Assembly (NCBI GenBank): GCA_024711205.1
Contig: JANJTH010000829.1
Coordinates: 3,309-67,308 of the forward strand
DNA length: 64,000 bases
Direction: 5' to 3'
DNA from: Planctomycetota bacterium
GTDB lineage: Bacteria; Planctomycetota; J058
Below the pieces are notes generated by a model. The model saw nothing but the letters and a program-made list of their open reading frames with translations, did no database searches and was not told the DNA's origin. Below are positions 28,601-37,870 of this stretch, in pieces (within the stretch, counting starts at the first letter, position 1; every line of letters starts with the position of its first letter). Position numbers and translations under genes: made by a program.

Positions 28601-31600
28601 GCTCCTCGAGTCCGGACCAGGCCAGGGACGAGGACGAGGGCGGCGTCCTCTCCTGGATCATCGACCTGTGCCTCGCCCATCGCGTCGTCGTGCTCATCGC
28701 CGCGGCGCTGCTCGCCGCGGTGGGCGCCTACGCCCTGCAGCGCCTGCCCCTCGACGCCTTCCCCGACACCACGCCCGTCCAGGTCACCGTCAACACGGTC
28801 GCCCCGACGCTCTCGCCGCTCGAGGTCGAGCGGCAGATCACGCTTCCCGTCGAGCAGGTCTTGAACGGGCTGCCGGGCATCCACGAGGCCCGCTCGATCT
28901 CGAAGTTCGGCCTCTCGCAGGTCACGCTCATCTTCGAGGACGACGTCGGCATCTACCTGGCCCGGCAGGTCGTCTCCGAACGGCTCGCGAGCGTCCAGCT
29001 CCCGGACGGCATCGAGCGCCCGACCTTGGGCCCCGTCTCGACCGGCCTGGGCGAGGTCTTCCACTACCTCGTCACCGGAGACGGCAAGAAGAGCCTCTCC
29101 GAGCTACGCACGGTGCACGACTGGGTGATTCGCCCCCCGCTGAGCGCGGTCCCCGGCGTGGCCGAGATCAACGCCTGGGGCGGCGAGGAGCGCCAGCTCC
29201 AGGTCGTCGTCGACCCGGACCTCCTGATCAAGCACGACCTGCGGCCCGACGACGTCGTGCAGGCCCTCCGCCGCAACAACACGAGCGTCGGCGGCGGCGT
29301 GCTCACGCAGGCCGGTGAGGCGACGCTCGTCCAGGGGCTCGGGCTCGCCGCGACCCAGGACGACCTGCGCGACGTGGTGATCGCCGCGCACCAGGGCGTG
29401 CCCATCCGCGTCCGAGACGTGGCCCGCGTCGAGGACGGCCACGAGGTCCGGCGCGGCGCCGTGACGGCGGACGGCAAGGGCGAGGCGGTGCTCGGCCTGG
29501 GCTTCATGCTCATGGGTGAGAACAGCCGCGTCGTCACGCTGCGCCTCGCCGAGCGGCTGGAGGAGGTCAAGAAGACCCTCCCGCCCGGCGTCCACGTCGA
29601 GCCCGTCTACTCGCGCACGAGCCTCGTCGACCACGTGCTCGAGACGGTCCGCAAGAACTTGCTCGAGGGCGCGCTCCTCGTCATCGCCGTCCTGTTCGCG
29701 TTCCTCGGCAACCTCCGCGCCGGGCTGATCGTCGCGCTCGCGATCCCGCTGTCGATGCTGTGCGCCTTCGACCTCATGCTGCGCTTCGGGATCGCCGGCA
29801 GCCTCATGAGCCTCGGCGCCATCGACTTCGGCCTGGTCGTCGACAGCTCCGTGATCATGGTCGAGAACGCCGCGCGCCGGCTCGGCGAGGACCGGAGCGA
29901 GCGCAGCGTGCGCGAGGTCGTGCGCGACGCGGCCATCGAGGTCCGCCGCCCGACGCTCTTCGGCGAGCTCATCATCATGATCGTCTACCTGCCGATCCTG
30001 ACCCTCGAGGGCGTCGAGGGGAAGCTCTTCCGGCCCATGGCGCTCACCGTGATCTTCGCGCTGATCGGCTCCATGGTCCTCTCGCTGACCGTCATGCCTG
30101 TGCTCGCGAGCCTGGCGCTGAAGCGCGGGTCAGCTGGCCACGACGACAACTTCGTGGTCCGGGCCCTGAAGTGGCTCTATCGCCCGGTCGTCGCCGGCGC
30201 GCTGCGCTGGCCGGTCGTCGTCCTCGTAGGCGCCGTCCTGGCTGTGATCGGCGGCGGCGTGCTTGCCTCGCGGCTGGGCTCCGAGTTCGTGCCTCGCCTC
30301 CGCGAGGGCGCGATCGTCGTCAACACCGTGCGCCTCGCGAGCGTGTCTCTCGAAGAGAGCGTGCGCTACGGGACGCGGATCGAACTCCTCCTGCGCGAGC
30401 GCTTCCCCGACGAGGTCGAGCGCGTCTGGACGCGCACCGGCACGGCCGAGGTCGCCACGGACCCCATGGGCCTCGAGCTCTCCGACGTGTTCGTCACGCT
30501 GACGCCGCGTGAGCGCTGGACCAAGGCCAGCACGCAGGACGAGCTCGTCGTCGCCATGAGCGAGGTCGTGCGCCGGCTCCCCGGCATGAAGGCGATCTTC
30601 ACGCAGCCGATCGAGATGCGCGTGAACGAGATGATCGCGGGCGTCCGGGCAGACCTCGGCATCAAGCTCTTCGGCGACGACCTGGAGGTCTTGAAGGCCA
30701 AGGCCGCCGAGATCCAGACGGTCGTCCAGGCGCTCCCGGGAGCGGCCGACGTCTCGGCCGAGCAGGTCACGGGCCTGCCCGTGCTGCAGGTGACGGTCGA
30801 TCGCCCGGCGATCTCGCGCTACGGCATCACCGTCGACGACGTCCTCGACGCCGTCGCCATGCTCGGGACCAAGCAGGTCGGCGAGGTGAAGGAGGGCGCG
30901 CGTCGCTTCGACCTCGTCGTCCGGCTCGACGACCGCTTCCGCGTCGACCCCGACGCCGTCGGCTCCATCCTCATCCCGACGCCGGACGGCCAGCGCATCC
31001 CGCTCTCGAGGCTGGCCCGGGTCGAGGTCATCGAGGGCCCATCCACGATCCAACACGAGTGGGGCAAGCGCCGGATCGTCGTCCAGGCGAACGTCCGCGG
31101 CCGCGACATCAGCTCCTTCGTCGCCGACGTGCAGCGCGCGCTCGAGGAGAAGGTCCCGCTCCCCGCCGGCTACCGGGTCGACTTCGGCGGACAGTTCGAG
31201 CACCTCGTCGCAGCGCGGCAACGCCTGCTGGTCGTCGTCCCGCTGGCGCTGGCCCTGGTCCTGACGCTGCTCTACGTCACGTACGGCCGCGTGCTGGACG
31301 CGCTGCGCGTCTTCACCGGCGTGCCCTTCGCCGCCGTGGGCGGCGTGCTCGCGCTCTGGCTGCGCGACCTGCCGTTCAGCATCTCGGCGGCCGTCGGCTT
31401 CATCGCGCTGTGCGGCGTCTCGGTGCTGGGCGACATGGTCCTCGTCTCGACGATCCGCCAGCTCCTCGCGACGGGCATGCCCATCGACGACGCGATCCGT
31501 AAGGCCGCCGAGACGCGCCTACGTCCGGTCCTCATGACCGCTCTCGTGGCCGCCCTCGGGTTCCTGCCCATGGCCCTCAACACGGGCATCGGCGCCGAGG

Positions 31601-31740
31601 TCCAGCGGCCGCTCGCGACCGTCGTCATCGGGGGAGTCGCGTCCTCGACGCTGCTCACGCTCGTCGTCCTCCCCGTCCTCTACTCCGTGATGCGCCCGCG
31701 CAGCGGGCCCGGCTCATCGACCACCACTCGCATCGACTGA
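28597..31740 (+). CDS. Heavy-metal efflux RND transporter (HME family)
   Basis: Candidate GTG start overlapping the MFP stop (GTGA), but the start is uncertain. Conserved region begins 'LSWIIDLCLAHRVVVLIAAALLAAVGAYALQRLPLDAFPDTTPVQV'. About 1040 aa. Confidence 0.9.
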   Translation: MSSSSPDQARDEDEGGVLSWIIDLCLAHRVVVLIAAALLAAVGAYALQRLPLDAFPDTTPVQVTVNTVAPTLSPLEVERQITLPVEQVLNGLPGIHEARSISKFGLSQVTLIFEDDVGIYLARQVVSERLASVQLPDGIERPTLGPVSTGLGEVFHYLVTGDGKKSLSELRTVHDWVIRPPLSAVPGVAEINAWGGEERQLQVVVDPDLLIKHDLRPDDVVQALRRNNTSVGGGVLTQAGEATLVQGLGLAATQDDLRDVVIAAHQGVPIRVRDVARVEDGHEVRRGAVTADGKGEAVLGLGFMLMGENSRVVTLRLAERLEEVKKTLPPGVHVEPVYSRTSLVDHVLETVRKNLLEGALLVIAVLFAFLGNLRAGLIVALAIPLSMLCAFDLMLRFGIAGSLMSLGAIDFGLVVDSSVIMVENAARRLGEDRSERSVREVVRDAAIEVRRPTLFGELIIMIVYLPILTLEGVEGKLFRPMALTVIFALIGSMVLSLTVMPVLASLALKRGSAGHDDNFVVRALKWLYRPVVAGALRWPVVVLVGAVLAVIGGGVLASRLGSEFVPRLREGAIVVNTVRLASVSLEESVRYGTRIELLLRERFPDEVERVWTRTGTAEVATDPMGLELSDVFVTLTPRERWTKASTQDELVVAMSEVVRRLPGMKAIFTQPIEMRVNEMIAGVRADLGIKLFGDDLEVLKAKAAEIQTVVQALPGAADVSAEQVTGLPVLQVTVDRPAISRYGITVDDVLDAVAMLGTKQVGEVKEGARRFDLVVRLDDRFRVDPDAVGSILIPTPDGQRIPLSRLARVEVIEGPSTIQHEWGKRRIVVQANVRGRDISSFVADVQRALEEKVPLPAGYRVDFGGQFEHLVAARQRLLVVVPLALALVLTLLYVTYGRVLDALRVFTGVPFAAVGGVLALWLRDLPFSISAAVGFIALCGVSVLGDMVLVSTIRQLLATGMPIDDAIRKAAETRLRPVLMTALVAALGFLPMALNTGIGAEVQRPLATVVIGGVASSTLLTLVVLPVLYSVMRPRSGPGSSTTTRID

Positions 31741-31750
31741 AGGAGCTCTC

Positions 31751-32098
31751 ATGACTCGTCTCTTCGCCTCCGGCCTCGTCCTGTGCGCCTCGCTCGTCCT
31801 CGGCGGCTGCCCGAACTCTCAGGCGCCCGCGACGCCCCCGCCCGCGCCGGCTCCGACGGCTCCCGCGCCCACGACGGCGCCGGCCCCCGCGACCGGTGAG
31901 CACGGCACCGCGGCCAACGACTGGTGCGGCGGCCACGGCGTGCCCGAGTCGATCTGCACCCGCTGCAACGAGTCTCTGATCGCCGGCTTCAAGGAGAAGA
32001 AGGACTGGTGCGCCGAGCACAACCTCCCCGAGTCGCAGTGCCTCACCTGCAATCCGGAGCTCAAGGCCAAGTTCGAGGCCATGGCTCCGAAGCGGTAG
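31751..32098 (+). CDS. Stand-alone lipoprotein made of two copies of the WCxxHxLPESxCxxCNP repeat (putative periplasmic metal-binding module)
   Basis: Lipobox 'LVLGGCPNS'. Pro/Ala linker. Then 'DWCGGHGVPESICTRCNESLIAGFKEKKDWCAEHNLPESQCLTCNPELKAKF'. Lies 10 nt after the RND stop. Confidence 0.7.
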   Translation: MTRLFASGLVLCASLVLGGCPNSQAPATPPPAPAPTAPAPTTAPAPATGEHGTAANDWCGGHGVPESICTRCNESLIAGFKEKKDWCAEHNLPESQCLTCNPELKAKFEAMAPKR

Positions 32099-32241
32099 AT
32101 GATCGCCGCGACGAGCGCTCGCCTGCGAGCGCTCGTCGTCGCGTCTCCTTCGTCGAGCAAGCTCAGCGGTGCGACGCCTGCCACTGTAGGGGCGGCCAGG
32201 ATAGAACGCCTGAACGACGATGTGACCGAGGCAGCCAGGCG

Positions 32242-33501
32242 ATGGACACGGCGGGTCAAGCGGGCGGCGCGAGTGTGACTCCTGCCCCTCACCAGCTGCC
32301 AGCAGTTCCGACTCGTGCGCGTGGTTCCGCGCTCGAGGTCCTCGGCGTGTTCACGAAGCTCGGGCTCACGTCGTTTGGCGGTCCGATCGCGCACCTCTCC
32401 TACTTCCAGGCCGAGCTCGTCGAGCGGCGGCGCTGGGTCGATCAGGAGACCTACGCGGACCTGGTCGCGCTGTGCCAGTTCCTGCCCGGGCCGGCGAGCA
32501 GCCAGGTCGCCATGGCGATCGGGATCGAGCGGGCCGGCCTCCTCGGCGGCCTCGCCGCCTGGGTCGGGTTCACCCTCCCTTCCGCGCTCGCACTCACCCT
32601 CTTCGCCCTCGGCCTCGGCACGTTCGCCACCCAGGGCGATGCGGGTTGGATCCACGGACTCAAGGTCGTGGCCGTCCCGATCGTGGGGCTCGCGATCCAT
32701 GGCATGGCGGAGAAGCTCTGTCCCGACCGTCGACGCGCGACGATCGCCGTCGCCGCGGCGCTCATCGCCATGGTCTTCGAGGCCGCCCTCGCGCAGGTCG
32801 GGATCATCCTCGGCGCGGGGCTGGTCGGCTGGGCGCTCTACCGCGACGAGCCCCGCTCCGCCGTCCATGACGCTCCCGCGCCTCTCTCGCCCTGGCAGGG
32901 AGTCGTCGCCTGGGTCGTCTTCTTTGCCCTGCTCCTCGGCCTCCCGCTCCTCAGCGCGGCGATCCGACATCCTGGCGTCGACGTCTTCGAGCGCTTCTAC
33001 CGCGTGGGCGCGCTCGTGTTCGGCGGGGGACACGTCGTCCTGCCGCTCCTCGAGCGCGAGGTCGTCGACCCGGGCTGGACCACGAGCGACCGGTTTCTCG
33101 CGGGCTACGGCGCCGCGCAGGCTGTCCCTGGCCCGCTCTTCTCGTTCGCGGCGTACCTGGGGTTCATCCTCGACACGACCCCGACCCGCTGGGCTGGCGC
33201 TGCGCTCGCGCTCGTGGCGATCTTCCTCCCCTCGTATCTGCTCGTCGTGGGCGCGCTGCCGTTCTGGTCACGGCTCCGGGGCTCACCCGCGTGCCAGGCA
33301 GCGCTGCGCGGGACGAACGCCTCCGTCGTGGGTCTGCTCCTCGCTGCCTTCTACGACCCGGTGTGGCGGGTGGCGATCCACTCGCGAGCGGACTTTGGCC
33401 TCGCCCTCGGGGCGTTCCTCGCCCTCGCCGTGTGGAAGCTTCCGCCCTGGCTCGTCGTGATGCTGACCGCGTTCGCCAGCGCGCTCGTTCCGAAGCCCTG
33501 A
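32242..33501 (+). CDS. chrA: Chromate ion transporter (CHR family)
   Basis: 'LEVLGVFTKLGLTSFGGPIAHLSYFQAELVERRRWVDQETYADLVALCQFLPGPASSQ' and a second half 'VGALVFGGGHVVLPLLE'. This duplicated CHR fold is typical of ChrA. Confidence 0.85.
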   Translation: MDTAGQAGGASVTPAPHQLPAVPTRARGSALEVLGVFTKLGLTSFGGPIAHLSYFQAELVERRRWVDQETYADLVALCQFLPGPASSQVAMAIGIERAGLLGGLAAWVGFTLPSALALTLFALGLGTFATQGDAGWIHGLKVVAVPIVGLAIHGMAEKLCPDRRRATIAVAAALIAMVFEAALAQVGIILGAGLVGWALYRDEPRSAVHDAPAPLSPWQGVVAWVVFFALLLGLPLLSAAIRHPGVDVFERFYRVGALVFGGGHVVLPLLEREVVDPGWTTSDRFLAGYGAAQAVPGPLFSFAAYLGFILDTTPTRWAGAALALVAIFLPSYLLVVGALPFWSRLRGSPACQAALRGTNASVVGLLLAAFYDPVWRVAIHSRADFGLALGAFLALAVWKLPPWLVVMLTAFASALVPKP

Positions 33502-33647
33502 ACGACGCTTCGAGGGAGAGGGGTGGGCGGGGCCACCGACGGCGCATGATTCCCATGCGAAGTAATCATGGGACTGCCACCTGGTCCGAGAGCCATGATC
33601 CTCGGCACGGGCGCGACCAGCATCGGAGGTCGCGCGGGGAGGCCTGG

Positions 33648-34598
33648 ATGATGTCGTCGTGTCGAAGTGCCCTCGTCCTCGGCGCGCTGCTGGCGCTGCC
33701 GACGATGACGTGGGCGGACCCACCGGATCAAGACAAGGGCGCGAAGGCGGAGGAGCCTGAGGCCGCGGTCTCGCGCGTGGGCCGCGCGTTCGGACAGCTC
33801 CGCGGCTATCAGGTCGCGGCCACTTGCCAGGGCGGCCTCGCGCAGGGCGCGGATCACCGGATCGGGACCTCCACGGTGAACGAGTCGTGGCAGGCCACCG
33901 TCGCCGGCACCGTGTGTCGCGTCGACGCACCGCAGGCCTTCCGCCTCCGTACGGGCCAGGGCGGTGCCGTGCAGAGCGGCGGGCGCTGGATGTCGCTCCT
34001 CGCCAGCGATGAGGGTCGTCGCCTCGAGCGGCTCTTCGTCCGCCCCGAGGCGGTCGTGGCCGAGTGCGTTCGTCTCAAGCGGCTCGCACGTTGGGTGGAG
34101 CCCGAGGCCACTGGACAGGGTCAGGCCCCTGCGGCCCCTGTCGCGGCGCGCGCCGACGCCGACGACGGTGGGACCCAGGCGCGTGGGCAGGGCAGCGATG
34201 ACTCGTCCGCCGAGGTGCCTCCCGCTCCCGTGTCCAATCACCTCCGGATCGTGGGGCCCACGACGACCGCGCTCGAGCACTTCACGCGGATCATCAACTC
34301 GGGCTGCTTCGCCGAGGGCTGAAGCGTCTCCGCCACCTTGTCCCGTGCGGACAAGACCCAGACGCAGATCACCTACGACCTGATGCTCGACGCGACGAAC
34401 CAGACCATCCAGGAGATCCGGTTCACCGTGCTGTGCGCCGCCAGGCCCGTAGGCGCGGGCGTCGCCCCGGCTCCCAACGCGGGCGCGTTCACCACGCAGG
34501 AGCACGTGGCCTTCGTCTCCACGTACCGCTTCACGGGCCAAGGGGCCGACGTGGTGCGCTTCGAGATCCCGGCAGACGCGCAGAAGCTCCTGCGCTGA
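33648..34598 (+). CDS. Secreted hypothetical protein whose reading frame is interrupted by one in-frame TGA (34320-34322)
   Basis: Signal peptide 'MMSSCRSALVLGALLALPTMTWA'. ORF 33648..34322 and ORF 34338..34598 are in the same frame, separated only by TGA ('...NSGCFAEG*SVSATLSRADK...'). Either a pseudogene or a sequencing error, or stop-codon recoding. Confidence 0.3.
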
Positions 34599-34683
34599 TG
34601 TCACCCAGCGACCCGGGCGTGCGCCCGGGTCGCTCGCTTTCCGGCAGCGAGGGAATGGGCCCTCGCCTTCACGAGGAGAGTCG

Positions 34684-35391
34684 ATGCGAGCTCGTCATCG
34701 TTTCGGAGCGATCGTCCTGGCCTCGTCGCTGGCCCTCTCGGCCAGCGCCGTCGTCCAGGCCGACGACACCCCTGGTGCTCAGCAAACGGGAGCCGCGGCC
34801 GTCAACATGGCCCAGCTCAACGTCGAAGGGATGACGTGACCCGGCGGCTGAGGCGCTAAAGTCTCACGAGCCCTGGAAGGGCTCGCCGGCGTTTCGCGTG
34901 TGACCCCACACGATCAGAAGAAGTTCGACGTTCAGTACGACCCTGCCCGCGTCACCCCGCAACAGCTCCTGGCGGCGGTGCAAGGACTCGGTTATCGGCC
35001 CACGGTCGACGGTCCGATCAGCGCGATCGCGGACACCAGCGCCGTGGCCATCAAGGCCAAGGCAGGTGCGGCCGGCCATGCGGCCGGCGCGACGGGCGAG
35101 GTCGTGGTGAAGCTCAGCCCGAAGGCGGGGAACCGCCTGGGCGGCGAGGGACAGGTCGCGACGAAGGTCGTCGTGACCGGCACCGACATGGTGCAGGTCC
35201 CCAACGGAGAGGTCCGCGTGGCGGAGGCCCTCTCGGCCGACCGCGAGGTGAAGATCCCCATCCGGATCAAGGATGGCGCCACCGCTGGAGAGCAGGTCGT
35301 CGTCGTCCGCGTCACGTTCCAGGCTCGCAGCGGCGACACGAGCGCCGCCGAGCAGACGATCGAGCTGCGCATCCCGGTCGTCATCCAGTAA
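34684..35391 (+). CDS. Periplasmic HMA-domain (MerP/CopZ-like) protein with both metal-binding Cys positions encoded by in-frame TGA; candidate selenoprotein, otherwise a pseudogene
   Basis: AGGAG ribosome-binding site 5 nt upstream. Signal peptide 'MRARHRFGAIVLASSLALSASAVVQA'. The sequence '...AVNMAQLNVEGMT-TGA-PGG-TGA-GAKVSRALEGLAGVSRVTPHDQKKFDVQYDP...LAAVQGLGYRP' aligns residue for residue with the MerP 'GMTCxxC...VEGVSKVDV...' fold. A hairpin GAGCCC-UGGAA-GGGCUC starts 15 nt after the second TGA. Confidence 0.5.
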
Positions 35392-35439
35392 CGCGTTCGC
35401 CAGGCCACGACGCCCAGAGCGTCGTGGCCTGGCGGCGCT

Positions 35440-36378
35440 TCAGGCGTGGCCCTGGCCGTCTCCGCTGCATGGCCGCGCGGTGAGCCGGACGGCGTTCACG
35501 AACTCCTCCAGCAGCGGGGTCAGGACCTTGTCCTTGTGCCGGACGACCAGGAGCTGACGCCGGATCTCGAGGCCCGGCACCCGCAACGTCCTGAACCCGC
35601 CGCCCTGCTTCGGCAGGCCCTGACACGAGCTCATCGCCACCCCGACGCCGGCGGCGACCAGGCGCTTGATCGCCTCCGGGCAGGCAAGCTCGATCACGTG
35701 CCTGAGGGCGAGCCCTCTGCCAGCGAGCCAGGCCTCGAACGTCCGTCGCGTCGCCGAGCCGGCCTCGCGAGTGATGAAGGTCTGCTCCACGAGCTGCTCG
35801 GGCCGTATGCGGCGCGCTCGTGCGAGCGGATGGGTTCGCGCCGCGTAGACGAGAACCTCGTCCCCGACGAGCGGCTCGGCCTCGAGGTCCGTGTTGACCA
35901 GGTGACCACCGACGAAGCCGACGTCGAGCTCATTACGAAGGAGGGCCTCTTCGATCGCGAGCGTGTTCGCCAGCCTGAATTCGAGCTTGGCCCCCGGGCG
36001 CTCGCGGAGGAACCGACCCAGGGCGGGGGGAAGGACATACAGCCCCGGCGTCGAGCTCGCGCCGATGCGAAGGCGGCCAGCGGCGCCGCCGCGGAGCCCT
36101 TCGAGCACCTCTCCGGCCCGTGCGAGGTCGCCGCGAAGCTGTTGCGCCTCGCGCAGGAACGCTTGTCCGGCATCGGTCAGCGCGAGCGACTTCCCGAGCT
36201 GCTCGACGAGACGCACGCCTGTCGCACGATGGAGGGCCTGCATCTGCCGCGAGACGGCGGGCTGCGTGAGGAACAGCGCCTCCGCCGCGCGCGTGTAGTT
36301 CAGGTGTTCAGCGACGGCGAGGAAGGTGGCGAGCCAGGACGGCGTCAGCGCTTCCCAACCTGCTCTCATGATCCCCAT
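35440..36378 (-). CDS. LysR-family transcriptional regulator
   Basis: N-terminal HTH 'LATFLAVAEHLNYTRAAEALFLTQPAVSRQMQALHRATGVRLVEQ'. LysR substrate-binding fold. Divergent from the methyltransferase gene. Confidence 0.85.
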   Translation of the reverse strand: MGIMRAGWEALTPSWLATFLAVAEHLNYTRAAEALFLTQPAVSRQMQALHRATGVRLVEQLGKSLALTDAGQAFLREAQQLRGDLARAGEVLEGLRGGAAGRLRIGASSTPGLYVLPPALGRFLRERPGAKLEFRLANTLAIEEALLRNELDVGFVGGHLVNTDLEAEPLVGDEVLVYAARTHPLARARRIRPEQLVEQTFITREAGSATRRTFEAWLAGRGLALRHVIELACPEAIKRLVAAGVGVAMSSCQGLPKQGGGFRTLRVPGLEIRRQLLVVRHKDKVLTPLLEEFVNAVRLTARPCSGDGQGHA

Positions 36379-36444
36379 GAAGACTATTCATATCCCGCAT
36401 GGCACCCGGAGGTCCATGATCGAAGGAGCAAAGGAGGGACGACG

Positions 36445-37089
36445 ATGATCGCCGAACCCGCGCTGGACCTCCGTTCCCACTGGGAGAGCGTCTACCTCGA
36501 GAAGGACGAGGACGACCTCAGCTGGCACCAGGACGACCCCGCTGCGTCCTTCTCGTCCGTGACAAAGCACTGCTCCCGTGGAGGGCGGGTCCTCGACGTC
36601 GGCGGAGGCACGTCCCAGCTCGCCAGCCGGTTGGTGGCCGAGGGCCTCGACGTGACCGTCGTCGACCTCTCCGGCGCGGCGCTCCGCCGAGCGCAGGAGC
36701 GCTCCGGTCCGCACAGGACGTCCATCCGCTGGGTGGTCGCCGACGTCTGCGGCTCGGCCTGGCCAGTGTCCTGCCCCTTCGACGTGTGGCACGACCGCGC
36801 GGTCTTCCACTTCCTCTCCGAGCCCGAGCAGGTCCAGGCCTATGTTCGCCGCGTGCGGGAGTGCGTCAGGCCAGGCGGTCACCTCGTGATCGCCACCTTC
36901 GGCCCGGACGGTCCGGAGCAGTGCAGCGGGCTACAGGTCCAACGGTACGACGCCGCGGGCCTCGCGGCGCCGTTCCGACTGGCCGGCTTCACCGCCGTGG
37001 AGTCCTTCCGCGAGGTGCACAACACACCCTGGGGCGCCGAGCAGCCGTTCGTGTACGTCGTCCTCCGGGCGGCCGGCGAGTCGCCATGA
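36445..37089 (+). CDS. Class I SAM-dependent methyltransferase
   Basis: AAGGAGGG ribosome-binding site. 'VLDVGGGTSQLASRLVAEGLDVTVVDLS' is a methyltransferase motif I. Confidence 0.75.
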   Translation: MIAEPALDLRSHWESVYLEKDEDDLSWHQDDPAASFSSVTKHCSRGGRVLDVGGGTSQLASRLVAEGLDVTVVDLSGAALRRAQERSGPHRTSIRWVVADVCGSAWPVSCPFDVWHDRAVFHFLSEPEQVQAYVRRVRECVRPGGHLVIATFGPDGPEQCSGLQVQRYDAAGLAAPFRLAGFTAVESFREVHNTPWGAEQPFVYVVLRAAGESP

Positions 37090-37313
37090 CCGGCGAGCAG
37101 GCGCTGGCGCTCGACGCGGCGCGCCGTTGGTGCGAGGAGCGCGCAGCGGTCGTGCGGTGGGATGAGGGTGAGAGCCGTTGCCAGATCCGGGTGGCCGCCC
37201 CATCCGGCGCGGGCTCGATCGAGGGAGAGGGCGCGGGCTTCTACGAGGCGTACGTCGAGTGCCGGGTACGCTATGACGCCGCGGCGCCCGGCGGCCCACC
37301 GAGCCACTTCTAG
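37086..37313 (+). CDS. Small hypothetical protein, start overlaps the methyltransferase stop (ATGA)
   Basis: 75 aa. No recognisable family. Confidence 0.3.
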   Translation: MTGEQALALDAARRWCEERAAVVRWDEGESRCQIRVAAPSGAGSIEGEGAGFYEAYVECRVRYDAAAPGGPPSHF

Positions 37314-37442
37314 GCCCGCGTGGCGATTAGGTCATTGCACAGCTCGGCCGGTGACCACGGCATGCGCTCCAAGGTGTTCGTAGCGACGAGGGCGAGACGG
37401 GTGCCCCGCGGGTGCACTCGCGACGCGTGCTACGGTCACATC

Positions 37443-37799
37443 ATGGAGACCACGCTGTCGCCTCTCCGCGTCTTCCCGCTCTTTGTCCTCACCGCGTGCG
37501 CCGAGATCGTCGGCTGCTACCTGCCCTACCTGTGGCTGCGGAAGGAGAAGCCCATGTGGCTCCTCCTTCCTGCCGCGCTCTCCCTCGCGGTCTTTGCGTG
37601 GCTGCTCACGCTTCATCCCACGGCGGCAGGTCGCACCTACGCCGCCTACGGCGGGGTGTACGTGGCGACCGCCATCGCGTGGCTCTGGCTCGTCGAAGGG
37701 CAGCGACCTGACCGGTGGGACATCATCGGCGCGGCCGTCTCGATCTTCGGCATGGTGATCGTCGCCTTCGGCCCGCGGCCACCCGCTCCCCCGGCTTGA
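37443..37799 (+). CDS. ynfA: YnfA/UPF0060-family small membrane protein
   Basis: '[87 protein letters not shown]' is the four-TM YnfA signature. Confidence 0.7.
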   Translation: METTLSPLRVFPLFVLTACAEIVGCYLPYLWLRKEKPMWLLLPAALSLAVFAWLLTLHPTAAGRTYAAYGGVYVATAIAWLWLVEGQRPDRWDIIGAAVSIFGMVIVAFGPRPPAPPA

Positions 37800-37870
37800 C
37801 TCCGTTCCCTGGTACAGGGCGTAGGCTGACCCGCCGTGATCGGGCCCAGCTGCCGAGCGGAGCGCGTGCG

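Noticed and set aside
33351-34604. 417-aa minus-strand ORF overlapping chrA's end and the secreted-protein ORF
   Set aside because: No signal of a protein family. The plus-strand alternative has a signal peptide and more natural composition. Even that one is kept only at low confidence.
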